Below, piece after piece: positions 17,327-27,234 of a stretch of 41,420 nucleotides of DNA. The notes beneath the pieces were generated by a model. The model did no database searches, was not told the origin of the DNA, and saw nothing but the letters and a program-made list of their open reading frames with translations. A program made the position numbers and the translations under genes. The stretch covers positions 1 through 41,420 of IMG/VR virus record IMGVR_UViG_2721755647_000003, one strand, 5' to 3'. This DNA is from a virus. Lineage: Duplodnaviria > Heunggongvirae > Uroviricota > Caudoviricetes. How positions within the stretch are numbered: position 1 is the first letter of the stretch; every line of letters begins with the position of its first letter.

Positions 17327-17619
17327 CAGATTACGAAGACGATCAACTGAAAGAAGAAAACGCCCGTAAGCAACGTGACATGGCACAGCGTGAAATTGAT
17401 GACATTCGCTTTGTCATGAGCAGTGAACAGGGGCGTCGCGTTGTCTGGTCGGTGCTGGAGAAAGGCCGGGTGTTTTCCGCTATCTCTCCGATGGATGCTA
17501 TGGCAATGGCATTTAATGAGGGGCAACGCAATCTGGCGCTGGAACTGTTTCAGCGCGTTATGGCGCATTGCCCTGAACAGTATTTGAAGATGGCCAAAGA
17601 GGCCAGTGAACAGGAGTGA
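17323..17619 (+). CDS. Hypothetical protein (98 aa)
   Basis: ATG overlaps the portal stop (ATGA). Confidence 0.6.
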   Translation: MTDYEDDQLKEENARKQRDMAQREIDDIRFVMSSEQGRRVVWSVLEKGRVFSAISPMDAMAMAFNEGQRNLALELFQRVMAHCPEQYLKMAKEASEQE

Positions 17620-17621
17620 TC

Positions 17622-18317
17622 ATGAGTTTATTTGAGCGTTTGCTGTATCGCCGTCTTTGCAATGAGCAACAAGTCGATGGTGGGGCAGCTCCGGCTGCGT
17701 CAGAACCGTCAGCGCATGCAGGTGATAACCCTGCTCCAGTTGGTGATCCATCACAACAGGAAGGTGATAAGCCACAACCTGTTTCTGATGGCGATAAACC
17801 TGCTGATGACAAAAAGCCTGAAAACGATAAGCAGGATGAAAAAAAGGGCGGCGATAAACCAGAGGGTGCGCCTGAGAAGTACGAGTTTCAGGCTGCCGAA
17901 GGCGTAGAGCTGGATACAGAAGCGTTGAAGGAATTCGAGCCGGTGGCGCGAGAACTAAACCTGACCAACGAGCAAGCGCAAAAGCTGGTTGATGCTTATC
18001 CGAAGATTCTGGCAGGTGTTCAGCAGCGCCAGGCAGAAGCCTGGCAGAAAACAACCGAGCAGTGGGCTGCGGATGTAAAAGCTGACAAAGAAATCGGTGG
18101 CGACAAGTTGATTTCTAACCTTAGCGCCGCACAGCGTGCGCTTGACCAGTTCGGGACACCTGAACTCAAAGAATATCTGAACACCACCGGACTGGGTAAT
18201 CACCCTGACCTGGTCAAAACGTTCGTGAAAATCGGAAAGGCGATGTCTGAAGATGGCATGGTCACCGGTGGTAATGAAGGCCAGCGTAGTGCGGCCGAAG
18301 TGCTCTATGGCAAATAA
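17622..18317 (+). CDS. Scaffolding protein (231 aa)
   Basis: Acidic Pro/Asp/Lys-rich N-terminus then helical region; sits between portal and capsid genes; CAGGAG RBS. Confidence 0.65.
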   Translation: MSLFERLLYRRLCNEQQVDGGAAPAASEPSAHAGDNPAPVGDPSQQEGDKPQPVSDGDKPADDKKPENDKQDEKKGGDKPEGAPEKYEFQAAEGVELDTEALKEFEPVARELNLTNEQAQKLVDAYPKILAGVQQRQAEAWQKTTEQWAADVKADKEIGGDKLISNLSAAQRALDQFGTPELKEYLNTTGLGNHPDLVKTFVKIGKAMSEDGMVTGGNEGQRSAAEVLYGK

Positions 18318-18331
18318 GAGAGGAAATGACA

Positions 18332-19318
18332 ATGGCTGTTAAAGGCTTAACTGCGCTAACGCTGGCTGACTGGGGTAAGCGCGTCGATCCAAACGGGAAA
18401 GTCGATAAGATTATCGAGCTTCTCGGTCAAACTAACCCGATCCTTCAGGATATGCCTTTTGTCGAAGGGAACCTTCCTACCGGACACCGAACCACCATTC
18501 GTTCTGGTTTACCTTCAGCTACCTGGCGTTTGCTGAACTATGGCGTACAGCCAAGCAAATCAACCACAGTGCAGGTAACCGATTACGTTGGCATGCTGGA
18601 AACCTATGCTGAAGTCGATAAGTCACTGGCTGATCTGAACGGCAATACCGCCGAATTCCGCCTGTCTGAAGACCGCGCATTTATTGAAGCGATGAATCAG
18701 CAGATGGCGCAGACGCTGTTTTATGGTGATTCCAGCGTTAACCCTCAGCAGTTTATGGGACTGTCCTCCCGCTATTCCAGCCTGTCTGCAGGTAATGCTC
18801 AGAACATCATTGATGCTGGTGGCACGGGCACAGATAACACCTCAATCTGGTTAGTGGTGTGGGGCGAAAACACCGTGCATGGCATCTTCCCGAAAGGGCA
18901 GAAGGCTGGCATTCAGATGGAAGATAAAGGCCAGGTGACACTGGAAGATGCTAATGGCGGCAAGTACGAAGGCTACCGTACCCATTACAAATGGGACAAC
19001 GGACTTGCTCTGCGTGACTGGCGTTATGTTGTTCGCATTGCAAACATCGATGTCAGCAATCTTTCAGAACCTTCCTCTGCCGCAAATATTGCGAAGTTGA
19101 TGGTTAAAGCACTGCATCGCATTCCAAACCGTGGCATGGGTCGCCCGGTGTTCTACATGAACCGCTCTGTAGGCCAGGCTCTTGATCTGCAGTCTCTGGA
19201 GAAAACATCTCTGGCGATTAGCGTAAAAGAGACTGAAGGCGAGTGGTGGACGTCATTCCGTGGTGTACCAATCCGTGAAACTGATGCGCTTCTGGAAACA
19301 GAAGCCCGCGTGGTGTAA
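18332..19318 (+). CDS. Major capsid protein (328 aa)
   Basis: Size and position after the scaffold gene; strong RBS; stem-loop downstream. Confidence 0.7.
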   Translation: MAVKGLTALTLADWGKRVDPNGKVDKIIELLGQTNPILQDMPFVEGNLPTGHRTTIRSGLPSATWRLLNYGVQPSKSTTVQVTDYVGMLETYAEVDKSLADLNGNTAEFRLSEDRAFIEAMNQQMAQTLFYGDSSVNPQQFMGLSSRYSSLSAGNAQNIIDAGGTGTDNTSIWLVVWGENTVHGIFPKGQKAGIQMEDKGQVTLEDANGGKYEGYRTHYKWDNGLALRDWRYVVRIANIDVSNLSEPSSAANIAKLMVKALHRIPNRGMGRPVFYMNRSVGQALDLQSLEKTSLAISVKETEGEWWTSFRGVPIRETDALLETEARVV

Positions 19319-19334
19319 CGCCTGTTATTAACCT

Positions 19335-19354
19335 GTGGGTCGTAACAGACCCAC
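19335..19354 (+). other. Stem-loop without T-run immediately after the capsid gene
   Basis: GTGGGTC-GTAACA-GACCCAC. Confidence 0.4.
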
Positions 19355-19369
19355 TAATGGAGAAAGAAG

Positions 19370-19807
19370 ATGATCACCGACAAACTGTTGATGTTCTCCG
19401 AAGCTCAGGCGGTTACGAATACCGCGGCTTCTACTGACGTAATCGATCTCGGTCCAATTGATGGAAACCGTCGCGATATCGGTGTGGGTTACCCGCTTGA
19501 GTTTTGGGTGCTGGTTAACGAAGCCGCCACGGCAAGTGGTGAGGCAACTGTAAACATCCAGTTGCAGACGAGTGAGAATAACAGCTCTTGGACCACTATT
19601 TATGATAGTGGTGCGTTGGCAAAGGCCACCCTGACAGCAGGTAAGCGAGTTGTTTCTGCAAAGGTGCCAGCCGGTGTTCAGCGATATCTGCGTGTTAACT
19701 ACTCCGTCGCAACTGGCCCACTAACGGCCGGCAAATTCACTGCGGGTATCAGTCTGGATGTTGATGCCAATACGCCGTACCCGATCCGCTCAAAAGTAAC
19801 TGGTTAA
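19370..19807 (+). CDS. Hypothetical virion protein (145 aa), possible head decoration or fibre protein
   Basis: GGAG RBS; Thr/Ala/Ser/Val-rich beta-type composition; location in the head module. Confidence 0.5.
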   Translation: MITDKLLMFSEAQAVTNTAASTDVIDLGPIDGNRRDIGVGYPLEFWVLVNEAATASGEATVNIQLQTSENNSSWTTIYDSGALAKATLTAGKRVVSAKVPAGVQRYLRVNYSVATGPLTAGKFTAGISLDVDANTPYPIRSKVTG

Positions 19808-19817
19808 GGTGATATCG

Positions 19818-20153
19818 ATGTCAGGTGAGAAACCAAGATACCGCGTTCTGCGCCTCTCTCATATCCATAACACACTGTGGCCGGAGGGGGCAGAAATCGA
19901 ATACGAAGGTGAGCCTGGTAGCGCACTGGAACCTGTTAACGATGCAGCCAGACAGGCAAAAGCAAAGGTAGCAGGAAAGGTGTCTATGGCAGCAACCAGC
20001 ACCAAAATCATCAACGATGTGTCAGATGATGGTGAACTGGATAAGCTCCGTGAAGAGTACGAATTGCTCTTTAACGAGAAGCCACACCATAACGCTAAAG
20101 CCGAAACGCTCCGAGAGAAGATCGCAGATAAGCGTAAAGAACTGGGCGTGTAA
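19818..20153 (+). CDS. Hypothetical protein (111 aa)
   Basis: ATG at 19818 after AAGGTGA. Confidence 0.5.
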   Translation: MSGEKPRYRVLRLSHIHNTLWPEGAEIEYEGEPGSALEPVNDAARQAKAKVAGKVSMAATSTKIINDVSDDGELDKLREEYELLFNEKPHHNAKAETLREKIADKRKELGV

Positions 20154-20171
20154 GCCTCGCGAATCCGACAA

Positions 20172-20191
20172 GGGGCTTCGGCCCCTTTATT
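20172..20191 (+). terminator. Intrinsic terminator after the head gene block
   Basis: GGGGC-TTCG-GCCCC followed by TTTATT. Confidence 0.6.
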
Positions 20192-20203
20192 GCAGGAGTG
20201 TAT

Positions 20204-20527
20204 ATGGAACTCGTAAACCTCAAAACCGGCACTGACAGCTACCAGGATGAGAGCGGAGAAACCAGAACTCGCGATGAATACCCGTGGGGGCTGTGCATCA
20301 CTCTTAATAACGACACATTGAATAAGCTGAAGGCGCAACCTCAGGGCGTCGGAACAGAAGTGATGATAACTGCAAAGGCTGTTATTCGAGGCCTGTCTGC
20401 CAGAGAAACTGACGATGGTGTTAATCGCAGCGCCGATCTGCAGATCACTGATATGGCGATCGCTCCTGTTTCCAGGGATGTAGAAAAATCAGCGGCTGAA
20501 ACTCTGTACGGTAACGGAGGTGAGTGA
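20204..20527 (+). CDS. Hypothetical virion protein (107 aa)
   Basis: ATG at 20204 after AGGAG. Confidence 0.5.
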   Translation: MELVNLKTGTDSYQDESGETRTRDEYPWGLCITLNNDTLNKLKAQPQGVGTEVMITAKAVIRGLSARETDDGVNRSADLQITDMAIAPVSRDVEKSAAETLYGNGGE

Positions 20528-21132
20528 TGGCCTCTGTAGTAGAGATCTGTAATCGTGCGCTGTCCAATATTGGCAACAGCCGCAGTATTAACAGCCTGAC
20601 GGAAGCCAGCAAGGAAGCGGGGGAATGTTCGCTGCACTTTGAGGCCTGCCGTGATGCTGTTCTTTCTGATTTTGACTGGAACTTTGCTACCAAACGCGTG
20701 GCACTTGCAGATACGAGCAATCCACCGCCTGACTGGGAATATGCGTACCAGTACCCGTCCGATTGTCTGCGCATTACTGAAATTATGCTTCCTGGTGTAC
20801 GCAATCCAACAGCAGCAATGCGCGTTCAGTACGAAGTTGGTGCGGACACCAACGGAACAGGAAAGTTGATCTACACAGACCAGCCGCAGGCATGGCTCAA
20901 GTATGTCTCTCGCGTTTCAGATGTGAACATGTTTGATGCCATTTTTATGGAGGCGTTGGCCTGGCGTCTTGCGGCAGCTATTAACATGGCGCTGACTGGG
21001 AATGCAGACCTCGGTACGTTTGCCCTCAATATGTACAATCGCGTGATTCTTAGTGCTGGCTCGCATAGCCAGAATGAATCACAGGAACCACAGCCACCGG
21101 TTGACGAGTTTACCATTGCGAGGTTGTCCTGA
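20527..21132 (+). CDS. Tail tubular protein A-like (T7 gp11-like), 201 aa
   Basis: Size, N-terminal pattern and position directly before a large gp12-like gene; GGAGG RBS. Confidence 0.6.
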   Translation: MASVVEICNRALSNIGNSRSINSLTEASKEAGECSLHFEACRDAVLSDFDWNFATKRVALADTSNPPPDWEYAYQYPSDCLRITEIMLPGVRNPTAAMRVQYEVGADTNGTGKLIYTDQPQAWLKYVSRVSDVNMFDAIFMEALAWRLAAAINMALTGNADLGTFALNMYNRVILSAGSHSQNESQEPQPPVDEFTIARLS

Positions 21133-23603
21133 TGGCTATCAGTTGGATCCAGCCCAGCTTTGCCGGTGGTGAGATTGGACCGTCGTTGTACGGTCGTATC
21201 GACATGGCGAAGTACCAGGTGGCATTGCGCAAGTGCGATAACTTTATCGTGCGGCAGTATGGCGGCGTTGAGAATCGACCTGGTACGCGTTTTGTCGGTG
21301 CCGCCAAATACCCAAATCGGAAATGCCGCCTGATCCCGTTCCAGTTCTCGACGGTTCAGACTTATGCTCTGGAGTTCGGACACCAGTACATGCGCGTTAT
21401 CAAAGATGGTGCGTTGGTGCTGAACAGCAGCAATGTTATTTATGAAATTGCCACGCCATATACTGAAGCCGATCTGTTCCGAATTAAATTCACGCAAAGC
21501 GCAGACGTGCTTACGCTGGTTCATCCGGCATACCCGCCGAAAGAGTTGCGCCGCTATGCGCATGACAACTGGCAACTGGTTGATGTGGTAACGAAGAACG
21601 GGCCATTTGAAGATATCAATATTGACGAGTCAGTGACGGTTTATGCCAGCGCCAGCACCGGGACAATTACGTTAACGGCAAGCGCCTCAATTTTTGGCGC
21701 GGAGCAGGTAGGCAAATTGTTCTATCTGGAACAGCCTGCAGTGGATTCTGTGCCGGTATGGGAAACCAGTAAGAGTACGTCGATTGGCGATATTCGCCGT
21801 GCAGACAGTAACTACTATCGCGCCGTTACAGCAGGCAAAACAGGCACTTTGCGCCCTTCGCATACAGAAGGCACATCATGGGATGGCTGGGGCGGATCCG
21901 GTGATGATGATACTGGCATTGAGTGGGAGTATCTGCACAGTGGTTTTGGCATTGCCCGTATCACTGCTGCAAATGGCACTACTGCAACTGCTGAGGTGAT
22001 TTCCTATATCCCTTCGCAGGTCGTTGGCGAGGATAATGCCAGCTATAAATGGGCTAAATATGCCTGGAACAGTATTAACGGTTATCCTGGCACTGTTGTT
22101 TATTATCAACAACGCCTTTACTTCGCCGCATCGACTGCGTTCCCTCAGACTATCTGGGCCAGCCGTACCGGGGATTATAAGGATTTTGGCAAAAGCAATC
22201 CTACGCAGGATGACGACAGAATTATCTACACCTATGCCGGACGTCAGGTTAATGAGATCCGCCACCTGATTGATGTCGGTTCGCTGGTGGCGCTGACTTC
22301 CGGAGGTGAGTACGTCATCACCGGCGACCAGAACAAAGTGTTAACCCCATCATCATTTGCATTCAGCTCTCAGGGATCAAATGGCTCGAGCAATGTCCCA
22401 CCAATTGCCGTGGCGAATATTGCTCTGTTCGTCCAGGAGAAAGGCAGTGTTGTCCGTGATCTGGCCTACTCATTCGATGTTGACGGCTATCAGGGGAACG
22501 ACCTGACCATCCTTGCCAATCATCTTTTTCAGAAGCACAGCATTGTTGACTGGTGCTTCTCTATTGTCCCTTACTCCAGCGCCTTCTGCATTCGTGATGA
22601 CGGTAAATTACTGGTGATGACCTATTTGCGTGATCAGCAGGTTTTTGCATGGGCACCACAATCCAGTACCGGAAAATATGAAAGCACATGCAGTATCAGC
22701 GAAGGAAATGAAGATGCGGTGTATTTCGTCGTTAACCGAACCGTTAACGGGCAAACAGTGAGATACATCGAGCGACTGTCCAGCCGTTTATTTACCAGCG
22801 ATGAAGATGCTTTCTTTGTTGATTCTGGCCTTAGCTATGATGGAAGAAATACGTCTGACAGAACGATGACCATCACTGGTGGTTCTGGCGAATGGGATTA
22901 TCGCGCGGAATATACAATCAGTGTTTCTGGTGGTGCGTACTTCACCAGTAGTGATGTCGGCGCGCAACTACAGTTCCCTTATGTCGGAACTGATCCTGAT
23001 ACTGGCGATGAAGTGTCAAAAGAATTACGTTGCGACATTATTTCTGTAACCAGCAATACCGCTGTAGTGGTTCGTGCTAACAGGAACGTCCCGCCATCCC
23101 TCAGGAATGTGGCCACCACGAACTGGCAGATGGCGCGCCGGACATTTGGAGGCCTGTCTCATCTTGAAGGCCAGACCGTAAACATTCTCTCTGATGCGAA
23201 CGTGGAACCACAGAAAGTAGTTTCCGGAGGTGCCGTCACGCTGGAATCACCGGGGGCTGTAGTGCACATCGGCCTGCCAATAACTGCTGAATTCGAAACA
23301 CTGGATATCAACATTAACGGACAGGAAACGCTGCTGGACAAAAAACAGGTGATCCCATCCGTTACTCTGGTTGTGAATGCCAGCCGCGGCATCTGGGCGA
23401 CTACGCCCGGCGGTAAATGGTACGAATATCCACAGCGTGAATTCGAGTTCTACGATGATCCTGTTGATGACGCTACCGGAAAAGTAGAAGTGAAACTGGA
23501 CAGTAACTGGGGCAAAAACGGACGTGTAAGAATCCGTCAGCTTGACCCGTTGCCGCTGTCTGTTCTTGCCGTTATTCCTCGCCTTACTGTTGGGGGATTC
23601 TGA
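21132..23603 (+). CDS. Tail tubular protein B-like (T7 gp12-like), 823 aa
   Basis: N-terminal ISWIQPSFAGGEIGPSLYGRID pattern resembles gp12-type nozzle proteins; size and order. Confidence 0.65.
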   Translation: MAISWIQPSFAGGEIGPSLYGRIDMAKYQVALRKCDNFIVRQYGGVENRPGTRFVGAAKYPNRKCRLIPFQFSTVQTYALEFGHQYMRVIKDGALVLNSSNVIYEIATPYTEADLFRIKFTQSADVLTLVHPAYPPKELRRYAHDNWQLVDVVTKNGPFEDINIDESVTVYASASTGTITLTASASIFGAEQVGKLFYLEQPAVDSVPVWETSKSTSIGDIRRADSNYYRAVTAGKTGTLRPSHTEGTSWDGWGGSGDDDTGIEWEYLHSGFGIARITAANGTTATAEVISYIPSQVVGEDNASYKWAKYAWNSINGYPGTVVYYQQRLYFAASTAFPQTIWASRTGDYKDFGKSNPTQDDDRIIYTYAGRQVNEIRHLIDVGSLVALTSGGEYVITGDQNKVLTPSSFAFSSQGSNGSSNVPPIAVANIALFVQEKGSVVRDLAYSFDVDGYQGNDLTILANHLFQKHSIVDWCFSIVPYSSAFCIRDDGKLLVMTYLRDQQVFAWAPQSSTGKYESTCSISEGNEDAVYFVVNRTVNGQTVRYIERLSSRLFTSDEDAFFVDSGLSYDGRNTSDRTMTITGGSGEWDYRAEYTISVSGGAYFTSSDVGAQLQFPYVGTDPDTGDEVSKELRCDIISVTSNTAVVVRANRNVPPSLRNVATTNWQMARRTFGGLSHLEGQTVNILSDANVEPQKVVSGGAVTLESPGAVVHIGLPITAEFETLDININGQETLLDKKQVIPSVTLVVNASRGIWATTPGGKWYEYPQREFEFYDDPVDDATGKVEVKLDSNWGKNGRVRIRQLDPLPLSVLAVIPRLTVGGF

Positions 23604-24067
23604 TGATCGATGTTCGAATTGTTCCCGCTACCGAAGAGCATCTTCAGATGATTTTGCCGGATGTTCGTCAGGCTGATATTGACGAACTGTATGCGGTATC
23701 GCTGATGACTACCGAAGATGCGCTGCGTGTTGGTCTTCGCACTGCGACTATGGCCTGGTCAGGATTTGCGAACGGAGAACTGGTAACCATGTTTGGCGTA
23801 TCTCCGGCGTCAATGATCGGTGGCAATGGTACGCCCTGGCTGGTAGGAACCAGCCGTATTGAAAAATATCAGAAGACATTTCTTCGCCACTGCCGCCCTG
23901 TATTGCAGCAGATGCTGGCAGTTTATCCGCACCTGGAAAACTACGTCGACGAGCGAAACCATGTTGCCAAAGCATGGCTGCACTGGCTTGGATTCAGGCT
24001 TGAAGAAGCCGCGCCTTATGGTGCTCTTGGTCTTAATTTCCACAGATTTCACATGGAGAGAAAATAA
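23603..24067 (+). CDS. Virion-associated protein (154 aa), gp13-position
   Basis: Coupled ATG (TGATG overlap); position between tubular and internal virion genes. Confidence 0.5.
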   Translation: MIDVRIVPATEEHLQMILPDVRQADIDELYAVSLMTTEDALRVGLRTATMAWSGFANGELVTMFGVSPASMIGGNGTPWLVGTSRIEKYQKTFLRHCRPVLQQMLAVYPHLENYVDERNHVAKAWLHWLGFRLEEAAPYGALGLNFHRFHMERK

Positions 24068-24612
24068 TGTGCGATCCGGTTATTGCTGGTGGCGCAATGC
24101 TCGCCATGAGTGGCATTCAGGCATACACCCAGTACCAACAGGGAAAGTATGCCTCGAAGGTTGCAGAAGCGAACGCAGATATAGCCACAGCTCAGGCAAA
24201 TGATGCAATAAACAGAGGTAACGCTGAAGCTGAGCAACGGCGCAGAGAGACCCGACAGCGGCTTGGTACACAGGCGGCGACAATGGGGGCTACCGGCGCT
24301 GATTTATCTACAGGTAACGCGCTGGATATATTTGGCGACACTGCCCAGTTTGGCGCTCTTGATTCGCTGACGACGGTGAATAACGCGCAACGCGAGGCTT
24401 ACGGTTATCAGGTTCAGGCTGCCAACTATAAAGCAGAAGCCAGTTCAGCCCGTAAACAGGGGAATGTGGGAGCAGCAACAACATTGCTCACTGCGCCTCT
24501 GAAGGCATACGGTGCGTACCAGATGTTTGGTGGGACGTGGAGTCCGTTTACTCAAAGCACTCCTGCGCCAATCGGGGCAGCAGCAGGAACCAGATTGCCA
24601 GGAGGATTATAA
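24067..24612 (+). CDS. Internal virion protein (181 aa), gp14-position
   Basis: Ala/Gly/Gln-rich low-complexity protein with hydrophobic N-terminus; gene order. Confidence 0.55.
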   Translation: MCDPVIAGGAMLAMSGIQAYTQYQQGKYASKVAEANADIATAQANDAINRGNAEAEQRRRETRQRLGTQAATMGATGADLSTGNALDIFGDTAQFGALDSLTTVNNAQREAYGYQVQAANYKAEASSARKQGNVGAATTLLTAPLKAYGAYQMFGGTWSPFTQSTPAPIGAAAGTRLPGGL

Positions 24613-27233
24613 TGCCAGTCGTACCAACAGTATCCGGCCGTCAGGTTCAGAGCCGTGGAGTTCAGTCAGCAGGCTTGCAGACGTTTTCTCAGCCAGGTAT
24701 TGGTGATGCTTTTGTTCGGGCAGGGACAGAGGCAATTGATGTTTTTGGTCAGGCAAAACAGCGTGCCAATATCGCTCTGGCTCAGGAGGCATCTCTTAAC
24801 CTCAGTCAGATAAGCAGTGATCTGCTGAATAACCCTGAAACAGGTTTGCTTAACCTGAAAGGGAAAAATGCTATTGGAAAAGGTCAGGAGTATACGCAGC
24901 AGTTTGATGCTCAGATCGAACAACTGGCTATGTCGCTGCCGGATGAACAGGCTCGTAATGCTTTCATGCAGCAGGCGCAGCAGCAGCGTATTCAGTTCAC
25001 TACGCAGGCCGGGCGGCACGAGATAGGGCAGGTTCGCCAGTATGAGGCGGATATGCAGGATGCGACACTAAAAAACCTATCGATGCAGTTCCGTAACCCG
25101 ACAATGGCAAACCAGGCAGGATTGAAGGCATATCATAGCATCATCGCTTACGGCGAAGCCCACGGCCAGAGTCAGGAAGAGATCGAACAGAACTGGGTTT
25201 CGTGGCGCGAGAATGCCGCGAACGGTGCGGCGGAGGCGTGGTATGTGCCGATGTATCAACAGATGATGGGGCCGAACGGCAAGATTGAGGTAACCGATAC
25301 ACCGAGTGAGGCGCAGTTATTCTCTGCAATAATCTGGCAGGAGAGTGGCGGAAATCAGTACGGAAAGGACGGAACACCTCTGGTGTCGCCAAAAGGCGCT
25401 GTTGGCGTAGCGCAGGTGACGGAAGATACTGGCCCCGAAGCTGCCCGCCTTGCTGGTGTGCCGTGGGACCGAGATAAATGGTTGAATGACCCGCGCTATA
25501 ATGCCCGCTTGGGGCAAGCTTATTTCGGCGCGCAGATGAAGAAATACGACAATAACCCGGTTCTGGCAGTAGCTGCCTATAACGCTGGCCCAGGAAAGGT
25601 TGACGGCTGGATTAAACAGATTGGCGATCCGCGCACAGGCGAAGTCAGTAACGCCCAGTTTGCCGCAGCTATCCCATACGACGAGACGCGCAATTATGTG
25701 GCAAAAGTAACTGGCAGTGCTGGAGCTATTCCTGGATCTGCGACGATGGAAAACCTCATCGCACAGCCATTCTGGAACGCCATGAGTCCGGACAAAAAGT
25801 CGCAGATGATGAGCAAGGTTGCTGGCATGTACGACATGCAGGCTTCAGCCGGTCGCGTTGCGCTACAGAGTCGAATGCAGGACGACCTATCCAAAATTGA
25901 GGCCGGTAAGCAGGTGACGCCTATTTCAGCGCACGAATGGGCCGCCGTTATGCCGCTTCAGGCTGCGCCTGCCGAGCGCCTGCAGATGGAAAAAACCTTC
26001 CAGCAATACCAGCAGGCAATGACGCTACAACCTGTTTATCAGACCATCATGCAGGGCAACGTCCAGCAGGGTACCGCCGCCGTGCAGGCAATGGCACCGC
26101 AGGAAAACGACCCTGACTTTAAATACAAAGCCGAGCTTTATGCATCGGCAAAGGTCAAGCTTGGGCAGGTACTGAAGGCGCGGGAAGCGGATCCGGGGGC
26201 ATGGCTGCAACAAAACTCTCCGGTTGTGCAGGCTGCATTCCAGCAGTACCTCAATGACCCTTCATCTGGTGAATACCTAGTTTCCCGCATACAGTCTGAA
26301 AAAGACCGCCTGGGGATAATGAGCAAAAAAGTTTTACCGGAGTCCATGGTCAACGACGTACTGCAGCGTATTGACAACACGCAGGAATCTAGCGTAAAGG
26401 CCATTCAGTCGGTGGCGCAGTCGTTCGGAAAATACTCGGATCAGGTGATGCAGCAGGTTCAGAAGAGCGCTTATCCTGCGTTGCAGGTTGTCATGGCTAC
26501 CGAGAACCCGCGCGCGGCAAATGCGCTCTGGCAAAACCGTAGCGTTAAAACTGCTGACTTACGCGGCAGTCTTGAGAAAACCGACGCGGATAGCGCCGAC
26601 TCGTCATGGAATGACCAATCGAAAGATTTTGCTGGCACGATGGTTGTTCAGCCTGGTGGCACTGCCGTGTGGAATAACTTCAACGAGCAGGGAAAACGAC
26701 TTACTTACATCAACATGCAGCGCGGAATGTCGGCGTCTGATGCAGCAAAACAGGCGTATCAGGACATCCTCGGCGAGCAGTATCAGACCAATGGCACTTG
26801 GCGGCTACCTAAGCGTGCAGGGATAGATATTCGTGACGTTAACGATGGTGCCAATGCGTATCTGAAAAACCTGTCAGCAGATCAGATTATGCCGCTTATT
26901 GGTGACCCAAGGCTACCTGATGAGGTCAACCGTGAGCAGAGTATCTCCCGCATTCGTGATAATGCGCAGTGGGTTACCAACAGCGACGAAACAGGACTTA
27001 CCCTGATGCTCAACGGGCTGATCGTCAACGGTGCCGACGGCAACCCGATTACGGTGCCGTTCAACGATCTGGCGAAACTGGGAACAACCAACCGATCAGT
27101 ATGGAACAGCATTACCAAGTTCATTGATACTCCGGTGAAATATACTCCCGGACAGTCTAAGGAATACAGCGCAGAAAGTCAGCGCGACAACCTGATTAAC
27201 ATTTTCCAGAACGGCCAGCAATCAGGACGATAA
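24612..27233 (+). CDS. Internal virion / ejection protein with lytic transglycosylase (SLT) domain (873 aa)
   Basis: SLT-type motifs WQESGGNQ and AAYNAG; ATG at 24612 after GGAGG. Confidence 0.75.
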   Translation: MPVVPTVSGRQVQSRGVQSAGLQTFSQPGIGDAFVRAGTEAIDVFGQAKQRANIALAQEASLNLSQISSDLLNNPETGLLNLKGKNAIGKGQEYTQQFDAQIEQLAMSLPDEQARNAFMQQAQQQRIQFTTQAGRHEIGQVRQYEADMQDATLKNLSMQFRNPTMANQAGLKAYHSIIAYGEAHGQSQEEIEQNWVSWRENAANGAAEAWYVPMYQQMMGPNGKIEVTDTPSEAQLFSAIIWQESGGNQYGKDGTPLVSPKGAVGVAQVTEDTGPEAARLAGVPWDRDKWLNDPRYNARLGQAYFGAQMKKYDNNPVLAVAAYNAGPGKVDGWIKQIGDPRTGEVSNAQFAAAIPYDETRNYVAKVTGSAGAIPGSATMENLIAQPFWNAMSPDKKSQMMSKVAGMYDMQASAGRVALQSRMQDDLSKIEAGKQVTPISAHEWAAVMPLQAAPAERLQMEKTFQQYQQAMTLQPVYQTIMQGNVQQGTAAVQAMAPQENDPDFKYKAELYASAKVKLGQVLKAREADPGAWLQQNSPVVQAAFQQYLNDPSSGEYLVSRIQSEKDRLGIMSKKVLPESMVNDVLQRIDNTQESSVKAIQSVAQSFGKYSDQVMQQVQKSAYPALQVVMATENPRAANALWQNRSVKTADLRGSLEKTDADSADSSWNDQSKDFAGTMVVQPGGTAVWNNFNEQGKRLTYINMQRGMSASDAAKQAYQDILGEQYQTNGTWRLPKRAGIDIRDVNDGANAYLKNLSADQIMPLIGDPRLPDEVNREQSISRIRDNAQWVTNSDETGLTLMLNGLIVNGADGNPITVPFNDLAKLGTTNRSVWNSITKFIDTPVKYTPGQSKEYSAESQRDNLINIFQNGQQSGR

Positions 27234-27234
27234 C

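Noticed and set aside
20871-21575. 234-aa minus-strand ORF across the tubular protein A/B junction
   Set aside because: Antisense to two well-supported structural genes; no RBS
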